Below are positions 54,397-64,000 of a stretch of DNA of 64,000 nt, in pieces. The stretch's first letter is position 1. Each line of letters starts with the position of its first letter. The position numbers and the translations under genes were made by a program. The notes beneath the pieces were generated by a model. It saw only the letters and a list, made by a program, of their open reading frames with translations, did not search any database and was not told the origin of the DNA. Origin of the DNA: Candidatus Latescibacterota bacterium (GTDB lineage Bacteria; Latescibacterota; UBA2968; UBA8231); contig OZ241362.1 in assembly GCA_965200315.1 (NCBI GenBank), positions 1,088,001-1,152,000 of the forward strand. The letters run 5' to 3'.

Positions 54397-56148
54397 TTAC
54401 AAATGCTGCGCCATCCGGTGCGCCAAGTCCCCGCGCGTTATGAGATCGCGGCCCGCCAGATCCGGCGACAGCCCCGCAGCGCGTAGGCACTCGGCAGGCG
54501 CGTAGGCCAAGGCATCTGGGTCGAAGCGCAAATGGTCGGCGCAGCCCGGCCATATCCCCTCCACCCCCAGCATCTGCACAGCCGCAAAGGCCGGATGCCC
54601 CAGCGGCACGTCCTCGTACCAATACAGCGGTACGCCAGCCGCCAGCAAGGTCTGCTGGTACTGGCGGCGCAAAGCTGGGCGGCTGCACACATCCGCTGGG
54701 GTCCGTTGCTGGCCCAAGCAAAAAGCAGCCAACCCACCGGCGGCCTCGCCGATGTTCCACTCCACGGGATGCAGACGGTAGCAGCCATTGGTGATGTGCG
54801 TGGTGCCGATGTTCTTGCAGGCCGCCAGCAAGTTGTCCAAGTGCTGCGACACGAGCGCACCCAACGGGATCTGGAAGGGCTTGGTGGGCGCGGTGTACAC
54901 CACGTCAGTGGCTTGGCCGTGGATATCGATGGCGTACCAGCCCACGCCAACGCTGTCGCTAAAAGGAGCGGCGCGCGCATGGGGCTGGTGTGGAGCGGCG
55001 ACCTCTTGCTCGACAATGGTCTTGCGCGCTTGGATGCGCCGGGACTCGCGGATGTAGGGATACTGGGAGAAGCCGTCAGCCGTCCCCATGATGTCGGGGC
55101 GCAGCCGCAGTTCGGGATAACCGCGACCGCCGCCGTCGCGCGGCACCTCCGTTTGTAGCCAGTACAACAAGCCCAAGCTCAGTTCCTTAGCCGCTGCTAT
55201 CTGCTGAGCTCGCTCGGCAGGTGGTACGTCGATGAGGGTGCCGCCTGTGTAGTCGTTGCCCGGCCAGTTGATCAACGCCACGTCCCCAGGCACTTGTCCC
55301 TCGGCGAATTGAGCGGCGCACAACAGGCGGCGGTAGGCCCAAAAGGAGCCGGGCAAGTCGCCAGCGGTCTCAAAGAATCGGTACGTGCGCTGGCCGCGGG
55401 CGTACTGCAAGGTCAGGGTGTAGGGCTGCTGAGCGCGGTGGTGCTCGTAGTTCGGCGGGCGCGGTATGGTGTGGTCTTGACCGGGGCAGAAATCGACCGC
55501 AAACGGGCAGGTAAAAGACTGGGTCAGCTGCCGGGCAGGGCCTTCAGCGCGGGCGTGCGGCTCGCCGGTCTGGTCGCGGCTTTCAGCACCGGAGACGTAA
55601 GGGACCGGCAACAAGGGCAGCAGGTCGCCCAGCTCCGTGGCGTCGAGCACATAGGCCGGGGCAAAGCGCAAGAGGTGCGTACCGCCGTCTTGGACGACAT
55701 CTACGGTGCGGATGGACGGGCCTTGGACGTGGGCAGCAGACGCACGGGCACGGTAAAACAGCAGCAGGCGCCCGGCCTCGACTTGGGGTACGACTAAGGA
55801 CAGCAGGGCCGTTAGGCCAGCGCGCGGCTCAAAGCACAGGGCAGAGACCCAGCCGGCTCCGGGGTTGAAGTGCGGGGCGTCTGGGTCTTTCAGTTTGTAT
55901 TTGCGGCGATAGTATGCGCGGATGCCGGCGCGGAATTCGCCGTACAGGGCCGTGCCGCCAAAGTGCTCTATGAGCGGGTGTTCGTCTAAGGCGGCGACGC
56001 CTTGGCTGGTGGCTTGGCCGCCGATCCACGGGTTCTCTTCGGTCAGGCAGACGCGATAGCCCAAGCGGGCGGCGCGCACGGCCGCGGCCACGCCGCCCAA
56101 GCCGCCGCCCAAGACCAAGATGTCGCATTCAATGGTGCGGGTTTCCAC
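54397..56148 (-). CDS. FAD-dependent oxidoreductase (FAD_oxidored family)
   Basis: ILVLGGGLGGVAAA, GGQATSQG, DATELGDL, PYIRESRR, PFQIPLG and CYRLHPVEWNIGEAAG. Confidence 0.92.
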   Translation of the reverse strand: METRTIECDILVLGGGLGGVAAAVRAARLGYRVCLTEENPWIGGQATSQGVAALDEHPLIEHFGGTALYGEFRAGIRAYYRRKYKLKDPDAPHFNPGAGWVSALCFEPRAGLTALLSLVVPQVEAGRLLLFYRARASAAHVQGPSIRTVDVVQDGGTHLLRFAPAYVLDATELGDLLPLLPVPYVSGAESRDQTGEPHARAEGPARQLTQSFTCPFAVDFCPGQDHTIPRPPNYEHHRAQQPYTLTLQYARGQRTYRFFETAGDLPGSFWAYRRLLCAAQFAEGQVPGDVALINWPGNDYTGGTLIDVPPAERAQQIAAAKELSLGLLYWLQTEVPRDGGGRGYPELRLRPDIMGTADGFSQYPYIRESRRIQARKTIVEQEVAAPHQPHARAAPFSDSVGVGWYAIDIHGQATDVVYTAPTKPFQIPLGALVSQHLDNLLAACKNIGTTHITNGCYRLHPVEWNIGEAAGGLAAFCLGQQRTPADVCSRPALRRQYQQTLLAAGVPLYWYEDVPLGHPAFAAVQMLGVEGIWPGCADHLRFDPDALAYAPAECLRAAGLSPDLAGRDLITRGDLAHRMAQHL

Positions 56149-56149
56149 T

Positions 56150-56995
56150 TCACACGAGTCCGGCTTGCTCCCACACGCGGCCCAGCGCGGCCGCCGTAGC
56201 CGCCACCGCTTCTTCCCGCTCCATGGCGCGCACCCGCTCGCTGAACGGCTCGACCATGACCGGCCCTTCGTAGCCAATGTGCTGCAAGGCGTTTAGAAAC
56301 GCCGCGATGTCGATCACGCCGGTCGCCCCGGGCAAATCGCGCACATTGTCGAGCTGGTCGTCAATTGCTACGCCGGCCGGGGCGTCGTTGACGTGGACCT
56401 CCACCACTTGCTGAGGACGCAAGCGGCGCACAGCCTCAGCAGTCTCGCGAGCTGTGTACCAATGCCAGCTATCGAGCAAAAAGCCCACATTCTCGCCCAC
56501 GGCTTGGCACAACTCCTCCATTTGTTCCATCGTGTGGACAAACTCGTGTTTTTTGCTCGACCACAGCGTTTTTGGCGCGACGTATTCCAAGCCCAACCAC
56601 ACGCCTTTGTCGGCGAGTATGGCGGCGGCCGGCCGCAACCGCTCGACGTGCAAGGCAAAGTTCTCTTGGTACGTCAGCTCGTCCGAGGCTGGCATGATCC
56701 ACGTCGCCGTCCGCCGCACCCCCAAGGCCGCGGCCACCTGTGCCAACTCCGGCAACTCGGCCAAGCTCGCTTGGTAGGCGGCCGCCGCCCCGCGAAAATC
56801 AACGGGAAACCCCCACGCCGACAGGCGCACGCCCTTGCGCTCGGCTAATGAGAGAGCCTCTTCCGCACCCATGGCCGCGACTTCTCCTATGCTAAAGTGA
56901 TACCCAGCGAACCCGTGCCGAGCGGACAAGTCGAGCCCGTCTGCGAGGTTTTCCACGCTTGCGCCAATAGCCCCCGGTGATAGCGAGCGAAACAT
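56150..56995 (-). CDS. Sugar phosphate isomerase/epimerase (xylose-isomerase-like TIM barrel)
   Basis: LGLEY, LLDSWHW, VHVND, PG.G.ID and VMVEPF. Confidence 0.9.
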   Translation of the reverse strand: MFRSLSPGAIGASVENLADGLDLSARHGFAGYHFSIGEVAAMGAEEALSLAERKGVRLSAWGFPVDFRGAAAAYQASLAELPELAQVAAALGVRRTATWIMPASDELTYQENFALHVERLRPAAAILADKGVWLGLEYVAPKTLWSSKKHEFVHTMEQMEELCQAVGENVGFLLDSWHWYTARETAEAVRRLRPQQVVEVHVNDAPAGVAIDDQLDNVRDLPGATGVIDIAAFLNALQHIGYEGPVMVEPFSERVRAMEREEAVAATAAALGRVWEQAGLV

Positions 56996-57036
56996 AGCTT
57001 CTCCTTTTTGGATCGATGGTTGGCGAGCCGAAGCGG

Positions 57037-58716
57037 CTATCTGAAGGTGAAGGGCAAGTTGACCCAGACCTTGACGGGCCTGTCGTCTTTCATTGCCGGC
57101 GTAAATTCCGTCTGGCGTGCGGCGGCTTTGGCAACCTCGTGGAAGACCTTGGGGCCTGTAACCTTGCCGATCTGCTCAACCTTGCCGTCTTCGCCGACGA
57201 GCGCCGTGACAAACACTCTGCCGGTGATGTTGGCCTTCTGGGCCGTAGTCGGATACTCAGGTGCTACTTTTTTCGTGAGCACAGGTTTTTTTTCGACCTG
57301 CGATAACTCGACGATCTCCTCTTCCTCAGCCGCATCCCTAGCGATCACATGCAGCGTATGGCCAGCCTTGGCGTGGACATCCGCACCATGGCGCAGCAAC
57401 ACCTCGGCCACCCCAGCCGCATCCCTAGAGATCGCATAGTCCAGCGGCGTATCGCCAGCGTTGGCCTTGGCGTGGACAGCCGCCCCGCTGCCCAGCAACA
57501 CCTCGGCCACCCCAGCCGCATCCGCAATGGCCGCCAAGTGCAGCGGCGTCCAGCCAGCGTTGGCCTTAGCGTGAACATCAGCCCCGCTGCCCAGCAACAC
57601 CGCCGCCACCCCAGCCGCATCCGCAATGGCCGCCAAGTGCAGCGGCGTCCTACCATCGTTGGCCTTGACGTGGACATCCGCCCCGCTGCCCAGCAACACC
57701 GCCGCCACTCCGGCCGCATTCTTTTCCGCGGCCGCGTGTAGCGGCGTCCTACCATCGCTGGCCTTAGCGTGAACATCAGCCCCGCTGCCCAGCAACACCT
57801 CGGCCACCCTAGCCGCATCCGCAATGGCCGCCAAGTCCAGCGGCGTCCGGCCATTGTTGTCCGTCGCATCAACATCCGCCCCGCTGCCCAGCAACACCGC
57901 CGCCACCCCAGCCGCATTCTTTTCCGCGGCCGCGTGTAGCGGCGTCCTACCATCCCTGGCCTTGGCGTGGACGGCCGCCCCGCTGCCCAGCAACACCTCG
58001 GCCACCCCAGCCGCATCCCGGAATACTGCCAAGTCCAGCGGTGTCCGGCCATTATTATCCGTCGCACCAACAGCCGCGCCGCTACCCAACAACACCTCGG
58101 CCACCCCAACCCCAGCCTTCCACGCTGCCACATGCAGCGGCGTCCAACCAGCGGCGTCTTTGGCCCGGACATTCGCCCCGTTGCCCAGCAACACCGCCGC
58201 CACCTCAGCCGCATCCGCGATGGAAGCCAAGTGCAGCGGCGTCCAACCAGCGGCGTCCTTGGCCCGGACATTCGCCCCGTTGCCCAGCAACGCCGCCGCC
58301 ACCTCAGCCGCATCCGCGATGGAAGCCAAGTGCAGCGGCGTCCAACCAGCGGCGTCCTTGGCCCGGACATCCGCCCCTTGCTCGATCAAGGTTATCGTCA
58401 GCACGGGTAGGTTCAGTCTCGCGACAATGTGCAGGTCGGTCTCACCCTCGTTCACTTCCCCCGGATGTGGCATGCGCCCCACCGCTGCGACAAATGCCTG
58501 CTCCTGACGCTGCTTTTCTGATTCCTCCTGCTCCTGACAAATGCCTGTACTGCTACTGCCCACAACCAAAAAGACCGCACCCAAAATCGCGGCCAACCGT
58601 TTTTTTCGCTCACCCAGATAGGTGCCAACGCCGCCGTGGCCGAGGACTCGGTGGAACGCAACAGCCCAGATGCGCGTCCTCTGTGGCCGTGCCAAGCGAT
58701 GCTGTTTGTCGGTCAT
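57037..58716 (-). CDS. Ankyrin-repeat protein (about 11 repeats) with C-terminal TonB_C domain
   Basis: G(W/R/D)TPLHxAA...A.VLL..GA.V repeats; PEYP..A....ITGRVFV..LVGEDGKV...FTPA......V.V.VNLPFTF; N-terminal hydrophobic segment. Confidence 0.92.
   Translation of the reverse strand: MTDKQHRLARPQRTRIWAVAFHRVLGHGGVGTYLGERKKRLAAILGAVFLVVGSSSTGICQEQEESEKQRQEQAFVAAVGRMPHPGEVNEGETDLHIVARLNLPVLTITLIEQGADVRAKDAAGWTPLHLASIADAAEVAAALLGNGANVRAKDAAGWTPLHLASIADAAEVAAVLLGNGANVRAKDAAGWTPLHVAAWKAGVGVAEVLLGSGAAVGATDNNGRTPLDLAVFRDAAGVAEVLLGSGAAVHAKARDGRTPLHAAAEKNAAGVAAVLLGSGADVDATDNNGRTPLDLAAIADAARVAEVLLGSGADVHAKASDGRTPLHAAAEKNAAGVAAVLLGSGADVHVKANDGRTPLHLAAIADAAGVAAVLLGSGADVHAKANAGWTPLHLAAIADAAGVAEVLLGSGAAVHAKANAGDTPLDYAISRDAAGVAEVLLRHGADVHAKAGHTLHVIARDAAEEEEIVELSQVEKKPVLTKKVAPEYPTTAQKANITGRVFVTALVGEDGKVEQIGKVTGPKVFHEVAKAAARQTEFTPAMKDDRPVKVWVNLPFTFR
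57330..58380. repeat. 99-bp near-identical tandem units encoding ankyrin repeats
   Basis: e.g. tgcagcggcgtccaaccagcggcgtc(t/c)ttggcccggaca recurs at 99-bp spacing (about 58133, 58232, 58331). Confidence 0.9.
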
Positions 58717-58943
58717 CGCTATGCCTCCTTAAAAGACGGGTAATTAGCCAATTATTGAGATTCCCCAAACTTGGTTTACAACTTTCTCGTATTGGGCTCA
58801 AAGATGTAAATCTACTTGATCGCCGCTGTGGCCAAAAGGTGCCGCGCACACGTGCATACTGCCGATACTGATTTCGCACGCTTCCGCGGCGTGCGGTGGA
58901 AGAATCCCCTTCTCTGACAACAAGGCTCTACGGAGGGCGGCCT

Positions 58944-59186
58944 TTGACCTCGGAACGTCTCTCAGCACTCATCGAGGGCGGCGAAACGCTGGCCGTTGAA
59001 TTCAAAAGCAAGAGGCCGCCTCGCTCATCGACCGCCCTCGCCGAAACGGTCGTCTGTCTTGCCAACCGGAGCGGCTCTCGTTCCACTTCCACTATATACA
59101 GGCACTCCAAGTCGATCGCGGCCTACTCAACTACTCTCTGCCCTGCGGGATGCGCCCTCTTCAGCGGGTTCAACAGCAGTTGCTGA
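58944..59186 (+). pseudogene. Truncated AlbA_2/Schlafen-domain protein
   Basis: LIEGGETLAVEFKS...LAETVVCLANRSG; similarity ends near 59075. Confidence 0.7.
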
Positions 59187-59285
59187 TGGCGTCTCAATTG
59201 CCGCATCCGCATCCGTTCCCGCCGCAACACTCCTAACAAGACGACTCATAACAGCCAAGCTCCGCGTTTCAAGCGCGGCTCGCCC

Positions 59286-60062
59286 TCAGCCGCTCGCTGG
59301 CGCGTACAACAAAACGGTCGCATTGTCCTGCTGGATATGGTCAGCCGCTTCCACCGCTGCGATAAGGGCCGCGACACTATCCTCCAATGACGCATCGCGC
59401 ATCTCCTCGAGAACATCCGCGATCTCCTGCTCGCTGAGGGTCATCACGCCATCGCTCGCCACTACCACCCGGTCGCCTTGCTCCACTGCCACCGACTGTG
59501 ACGACACATCGATCAGATGGATGTCGTCGCCCATGATGGCCGAGCGCAGCGAATGCCGACTTGGGTCCCGAGCCGCTTCCTCGGCGGTCATGCGTCCAGC
59601 CGCCACAAGATCTGCAAGAACTGGTGCCATGGAATGATCGGCATTCAAACGGCTCAACTGCCCTGAGCGGAACAACCACAACGGGGAGTCGCCCACGCTG
59701 ATCCAGTTCAGCCCTTCGCTGGAAACAACAGCCGCAACCAAGGTCGAACCCATGCTGTCGAGTGCCGGATTTTCGCCAATGGCCGCGGCGATGGCTTTAT
59801 TAGCTGCTTCAAGGCAGTCCCGCAGCCGAGCGACGATGGGTCCAGAAGCCTGCGGATACGCCTCGACAAAGGTCTGGCTTAAAAGGCCGCTGGCCGTCGC
59901 ACCGCCAACATGGCCGCCCATGCCATCGGCGACCAACAACATGGTGTGCTCGCTGCCGTCTAGGCCGAGGTCGCGCCCATCCAACAGGCCGTAAGCATCC
60001 TCTTGATAGGCCCGTTTGCCGGGAATCTGCCGCGCGGCAAAGCACCTGTCTAATTCATTCAT
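59286..60062 (-). CDS. PP2C/PrpC-type Ser/Thr protein phosphatase
   Basis: R.YQED, VADGMGGH, MGST, VGDS, ASDG and QDNAT. Confidence 0.95.
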   Translation of the reverse strand: MNELDRCFAARQIPGKRAYQEDAYGLLDGRDLGLDGSEHTMLLVADGMGGHVGGATASGLLSQTFVEAYPQASGPIVARLRDCLEAANKAIAAAIGENPALDSMGSTLVAAVVSSEGLNWISVGDSPLWLFRSGQLSRLNADHSMAPVLADLVAAGRMTAEEAARDPSRHSLRSAIMGDDIHLIDVSSQSVAVEQGDRVVVASDGVMTLSEQEIADVLEEMRDASLEDSVAALIAAVEAADHIQQDNATVLLYAPASG

Positions 60063-60190
60063 CTCGACTTATTGGACCTTCCCCTGATAATTGGCGTAAC
60101 ATCAGCATCCTTAAACGCCGCCCAGTGCAGCGGCGTCCTGCCACCGTTGGTTTTGGCATCTACAGTCGCCCCACCACCCAGCAGGGATAG
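60059..60190 (-). pseudogene. C-terminal fragment of a second ankyrin-repeat gene
   Basis: Minus frame LLGGGATVDAKTNGGRTPLHWAAFKDA...R*; its stop overlaps the PP2C ATG (ATGA). Confidence 0.7.
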
Positions 60191-60196
60191 AGTCAC

Positions 60197-60271
60197 TTAG
60201 TAGGGTTCCTCGCGCATCTTGCGGAAGGTCTGAATGCCGATGGGCAGTCGGCGTTGGCCGGCTGAGCGCAT
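60197..60271 (-). pseudogene. N-terminal stub of AAA-ATPase-like / PD-(D/E)XK nuclease family protein
   Basis: MRSAGQRRLPIGIQTFRKMREEPY* carries the hallmark LPIGIQxF start; RBS gaggggag. Confidence 0.7.
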
Positions 60272-60329
60272 GGTGCTCCCCTCGTTCTGATAGGTCGTTA
60301 GGCGTGGCCGCTTACCACCGCGCCCGACG

Positions 60330-61292
60330 TCACACCGCCACATTGTTTTGCGGCCGCCCCTGCAAAAACGCAATCACATTGTCCACCGCGCCCTCGTTGA
60401 GCAAATCCACCCCCTCGGGCGTCTGATCCGCTGCATGCGGCGTCAGCACCACCTGATCGCAATCGAGGATGGGATCGTCGCTCGGCAGCGGCTCCTCGGG
60501 AAATACGTCTAGCCCGGCCCCACCCAAATGCCCGCACAACAAGGCATCGCGCAAGGCGTTGATGTCCAGCACATCGCCGCGTGCGCCGTTCAACAACAGC
60601 GCCCCCTCCTTCATCAGGCCAAACTCGCGTGCCCCGAGCAAGTGCCGGGTATCCTCGGTCAACTTCACGTGCAGGCTGACCACATCCGCCGCCTGCAACA
60701 GCGCGTCGAGCTCGACGAAACGCACCCCGTATTCGGCCGCACGCTCAGGCGACGGATTGAAAGTCCACGCGATGACCTCCATGCCGATGGCCCGCCCCAA
60801 CCGCGCCATCTCCGCGCCAATCGGCCCCGTCCCCACCACGCCCAACACCTTGCCCTGTAGCATGGTGTTCATCTTGCGCGTCCAGCGGCCAGCCTTTAGC
60901 TCGGCGGTCTGGAAATAGGCGCGCTTGGACAGGGCGAACATCAGCCCAAACATGTGCTCGGCCACCACCGGCGCAGTGCGGCCGGGCTGGTTCGACACCA
61001 CGATCCCGAGCTGTTTGGCCAGCGCCAAGTCGATCATGTCCGTGCCGATGGAGCAAGTGGCAATCATCTTGAGTGCGGGCAAGTGGCGCATTTCCTCGCG
61101 CCAAGTGACGACGCCGCGCGTATTTATAATGACCTGCGCGCCCTCGGCCCGTACGATCTTCTCATCCGAGCTTTGCGGCGTATCCTCAAAGAGAGTGACC
61201 TCCCCGTAAGGAGCGAGCCGCTGCAAATGCGGCGAACCGGCGATCTGGATTGGGTTGTCGCCGGGCACTACGATCTGTACGCGTTCTGTCAT
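60330..61292 (-). CDS. D-isomer-specific 2-hydroxyacid dehydrogenase (SerA-like)
   Basis: VAEH, GTGPIG, N.ARG, GLDVFPEEP and LTPH. Confidence 0.93.
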   Translation of the reverse strand: MTERVQIVVPGDNPIQIAGSPHLQRLAPYGEVTLFEDTPQSSDEKIVRAEGAQVIINTRGVVTWREEMRHLPALKMIATCSIGTDMIDLALAKQLGIVVSNQPGRTAPVVAEHMFGLMFALSKRAYFQTAELKAGRWTRKMNTMLQGKVLGVVGTGPIGAEMARLGRAIGMEVIAWTFNPSPERAAEYGVRFVELDALLQAADVVSLHVKLTEDTRHLLGAREFGLMKEGALLLNGARGDVLDINALRDALLCGHLGGAGLDVFPEEPLPSDDPILDCDQVVLTPHAADQTPEGVDLLNEGAVDNVIAFLQGRPQNNVAV

Positions 61293-61371
61293 GGCATATC
61301 CTCGCTTGGAAGTGTATATTTTTGCTCGCAATAAACCCCAAAAACGCGCTCAACGTCAAGCGAGTTGCCCC

Positions 61372-62394
61372 ATGCCCCGCGCCCTCATCGCCCCGGCCGC
61401 CGAACAAGTGGCCTTTCAGGAATACGCATCCCGCCCCCTCGCCCAAGGCCAAGTCCGCGTCAAAAGCCTGTACGCGGCCGCCAAGCACGGCACTGAAATG
61501 TCGCTGTTTAAGGGGTACGCCGGCCCGCGCGGCCGCTTCGACTCCGCACGGCGCATCTTCGACTATCAGGGTGAGGGCGTCCAATACCCGGTGCCGCTGG
61601 GCAACATGGGCGTCGGCGAAGTTGTCGAGCTGGGGCCGGGCGTCACGCGGCTTGCAGAAGGCGACCGCGTCTTCGACTACGGGCCGTTCCGCGAGGAACA
61701 CGTCTGGCCCGAAACCGCGCGGCGCTTGCCCGCAGACATCCCTTGGCAAGCCGCGGTCTGCCTCGACCCGGCGGATTTTGCCCTCGGCGCAGTGCGCGAC
61801 GGGCACGTCCGCATTGGCGACTCCGTAGCCGTCTCGGGCCTCGGGGCCATCGGCCTGATCGCCGTGCAATTCTGCCGCTTGGCCGGTGCCCACCCCATCA
61901 TCGCCCTCGACCCACTGGCCAACCGGCGCACAGTGGCCCGCGCCTGCGGTGCCGACCTCGTCCTCGACCCCACCCAATGCGATGCCGGCGCGGAGATTAA
62001 GCAGGCCACGGCCCACCGCGGCGCGGACGTGATTATTGAGTACAGCGGGCATCCAGCGGCCATGCAGCAAGCACTGCGCGGGGTCGCTTATCAAGGCACG
62101 ATTGTGGCCGGCGCGTATCCCGGCGCGTGGACGACGGGGCTGGACTTGGGTGCCGAAGCTCACATGAACCGGCCGCACATCGTGTTCTCGCGCGCCAACA
62201 GCGAGCCCAACCCCGACCACCCCAATTGGGACAACGCCCGCATCTACGACGTCTGCTGGCGCCTGCTCGCGGCCGGTCTAGTCGATTGCCGGCCCATCGT
62301 GCAGCCTATCGTATCCTTTGACGACCTGCTCGAAGCGTACCCCCAAATCGCTACCCAACCCGAAGCAAACATCAAGCTCGGCGTCCGGTTTTAA
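61372..62394 (+). CDS. Zinc-binding dehydrogenase, YcjQ-like
   Basis: KHGTE, LGNMGVG, DPADFALGAVRD, GLGAIG and IKLGV. Confidence 0.85.
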   Translation: MPRALIAPAAEQVAFQEYASRPLAQGQVRVKSLYAAAKHGTEMSLFKGYAGPRGRFDSARRIFDYQGEGVQYPVPLGNMGVGEVVELGPGVTRLAEGDRVFDYGPFREEHVWPETARRLPADIPWQAAVCLDPADFALGAVRDGHVRIGDSVAVSGLGAIGLIAVQFCRLAGAHPIIALDPLANRRTVARACGADLVLDPTQCDAGAEIKQATAHRGADVIIEYSGHPAAMQQALRGVAYQGTIVAGAYPGAWTTGLDLGAEAHMNRPHIVFSRANSEPNPDHPNWDNARIYDVCWRLLAAGLVDCRPIVQPIVSFDDLLEAYPQIATQPEANIKLGVRF

Positions 62395-62421
62395 CGCTGG
62401 ACAGCCGACGGAAAGGACGCC

Positions 62422-63225
62422 ATGAAAATCGCCTTACAGGAAGGGCTGTTGCCCGGTGAAAGCCTCGCGGAAAAGCTCGATTTCGCCGAGTCGCTGGCCA
62501 TCGAGGGGCTAGAGGTCAGCGGCCGCTCGCGCCTGTACGACCACAGCGAAAAATACGAAAAGGCCCTCGCCGGCCGCTCCATCCAAATCGCTTCCATCTG
62601 CGGCCAAGAAACCTTTGACTGGCTCGATCCAGACCCGCGCAAGCGCGCCAACAGCCTCGCCGAGACCCGCCGCCAATTGGAAGCCTGCGGGCACTTTCAA
62701 GCCGTCGGCCAAATAGTCCCTCCCATCTTTGGGCCGCCGCGCATCCCCGACCTGTCGCCGCTGCAAGACGCCATTTCCCTAGAGAAAGCCCTGCTCGTCG
62801 AGCTGGTCCAAGAACTCGCCGCCCATGCCGCCAGCCAAGGTACCCTGCTCCTTTTGGAACCTCTCAACCGCTACGAGCAACACCTCTTGCGCCGCCAAGC
62901 CGACGGCGTCGAAATCATCGAGCGCGCCGGCAGCCCCCAAGGCGTAGCCCTGCTCAGCGACTTCTTCCACATGCACATCGAAGAAACCGACACCCCCGCC
63001 GCCTTCCGCCAAGCCGGCAAACACGTAGCCCACGTCCATATGGCCGACAACACGCGCATGCAGCCGGGCACCGGCGACATCGATTGGCGCGCCGGCTTAC
63101 AGGCCCTCAAGGACATCGGCTTTAGCGGATATTTAGCCTACGAGTGCGGCCTAGCGGGCGACCCCAAAGACGCGCTGACAAGATCGGTGCAATTCGTGCG
63201 AGAAACCATCGCCCAACTCGACTGA
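62422..63225 (+). CDS. Sugar phosphate isomerase/epimerase, YcjR-like
   Basis: LEPLNRYE, DFFHMHIEE, HVHMADN.R.QPG.G and YECG. Confidence 0.88.
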   Translation: MKIALQEGLLPGESLAEKLDFAESLAIEGLEVSGRSRLYDHSEKYEKALAGRSIQIASICGQETFDWLDPDPRKRANSLAETRRQLEACGHFQAVGQIVPPIFGPPRIPDLSPLQDAISLEKALLVELVQELAAHAASQGTLLLLEPLNRYEQHLLRRQADGVEIIERAGSPQGVALLSDFFHMHIEETDTPAAFRQAGKHVAHVHMADNTRMQPGTGDIDWRAGLQALKDIGFSGYLAYECGLAGDPKDALTRSVQFVRETIAQLD

Positions 63226-63226
63226 C

Positions 63227-64000
63227 ATGAGCGAAATCGCCCCGCTACCCACGTACGAACGTCCCGAGCTGTACATCAACCGCGAACTCTCGTGGCTCGA
63301 CTTCAACGCCCGCGTACTCGAAGAGGCCCAAGACGAGCGCAACCCCCTGTTAGAGCGCGTCAAGTTCATGGCCATCGTCGCCAGCAATCTCGACGAGTTC
63401 TACGAAATCCGGGTAGCCGGCTTGCTGCAATTGCACGAGTCCGGGGCCAATCCGAGTCGCCCCGACGGCCTGACCCCGGCCGAACAGCTCGAGCGCATCG
63501 CCCAACAAGCTCACGATCAGGTCGCCGAACAGTACCGCTGCTGGAACGAGGACCTCATACCGGCCCTAGCCGCCGAGGGCATCTACCTGTGGGAGGCGCG
63601 CCAGCTAGCAGGCGAGCACCTCGACTTCGTGCGCCAGTACTGGCGGGAAGAACTCGAACCAATCCTCACGCCCATTGTAGTCGATCCAGCCCATCCTTTC
63701 CCCCGCGTCCTCAACAAGGCCCTGTGCATTGGTGCCCTCCTCGAAGGACAGGGGCAGTCCATGATGGGGGTGGCAACCGTGCCTCGGGTATTGCCGCGCA
63801 TCCTGCGCATGCCGAGCCAAGCCGACGAACTACACTTTGTGACGCTGGCCGGGATCATGGATTTGCAGGCCAGCGAGCTTTTTCGCGGCTATCAGGTACT
63901 CGGGTCGGCCCCCTTCCGCATCACCCGCAACAGCGAGCTGTACGTCAACGAAGAAGACGCCGACAATTTGCTGGAAGAAATCGAGGAGCAGGTCACCAAG
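63227..64000 (+). CDS. ppk1: Polyphosphate kinase 1 (3'-truncated by window edge)
   Basis: YINRELSWLDFNARVL..PLLERVKF.AIVASNLDEFYEIRVAGL; LTPIVVDPAHPFP; FRITRNS. Absent from the ORF track because the window contains no stop for it. Confidence 0.96.
   Translation, partial: MSEIAPLPTYERPELYINRELSWLDFNARVLEEAQDERNPLLERVKFMAIVASNLDEFYEIRVAGLLQLHESGANPSRPDGLTPAEQLERIAQQAHDQVAEQYRCWNEDLIPALAAEGIYLWEARQLAGEHLDFVRQYWREELEPILTPIVVDPAHPFPRVLNKALCIGALLEGQGQSMMGVATVPRVLPRILRMPSQADELHFVTLAGIMDLQASELFRGYQVLGSAPFRITRNSELYVNEEDADNLLEEIEEQVTK

Noticed and set aside
57330-58380. DGR template/variable repeat pair
   Set aside because: The differences are not adenine-specific and there is no reverse transcriptase; ordinary ankyrin tandem expansion.

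Overview
GC-rich, gene-dense bacterial window. Its gene content (HEAT/ankyrin/PhyH proteins, DUF6785-like remnant, BMC-P triplet, long-form IspH) is loosely reminiscent of Latescibacterota/Gemmatimonadota-type metagenome bins; this is inference only. Recognisable housekeeping genes: coaX, ctpA, lipA, mnmG, radC, ispH, pspA, tRNA-Thr(UGU) and the start of ppk1. Main points of interest: (1) a FadR-regulated, fully modular cobalamin methyl-transfer cluster at about 14.2-25.5 kb. It contains an unknown internally duplicated RFxCGHxH protein, MtaA/CmuA-like methyltransferase, corrinoid protein, RamA/RACo activator with an extra Cys4 N-domain, MetF-MetV fusion, MeTr, BHMT-like enzyme and a virulence-factor-domain protein, and it runs into mnmG. 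(2) An in-frame Lnt-TatC fusion. (3) ispH translationally coupled to three tandem microcompartment vertex (EutN/CcmL) genes. (4) A putative sigma54 pspA operon led by a stand-alone HTH protein, followed by an orphan gene whose promoter carries a perfect 16-bp inverted repeat. (5) An ankyrin-repeat/TonB-C fusion. There are also many signs of mobility and decay: an AT-rich NotI-like R-M pair with a broken methylase, a tRNA-Leu 3'-half att-like scar, IS630-like MITE ends, and several gene fragments. All product calls come from motif recognition by eye, with no database searches.
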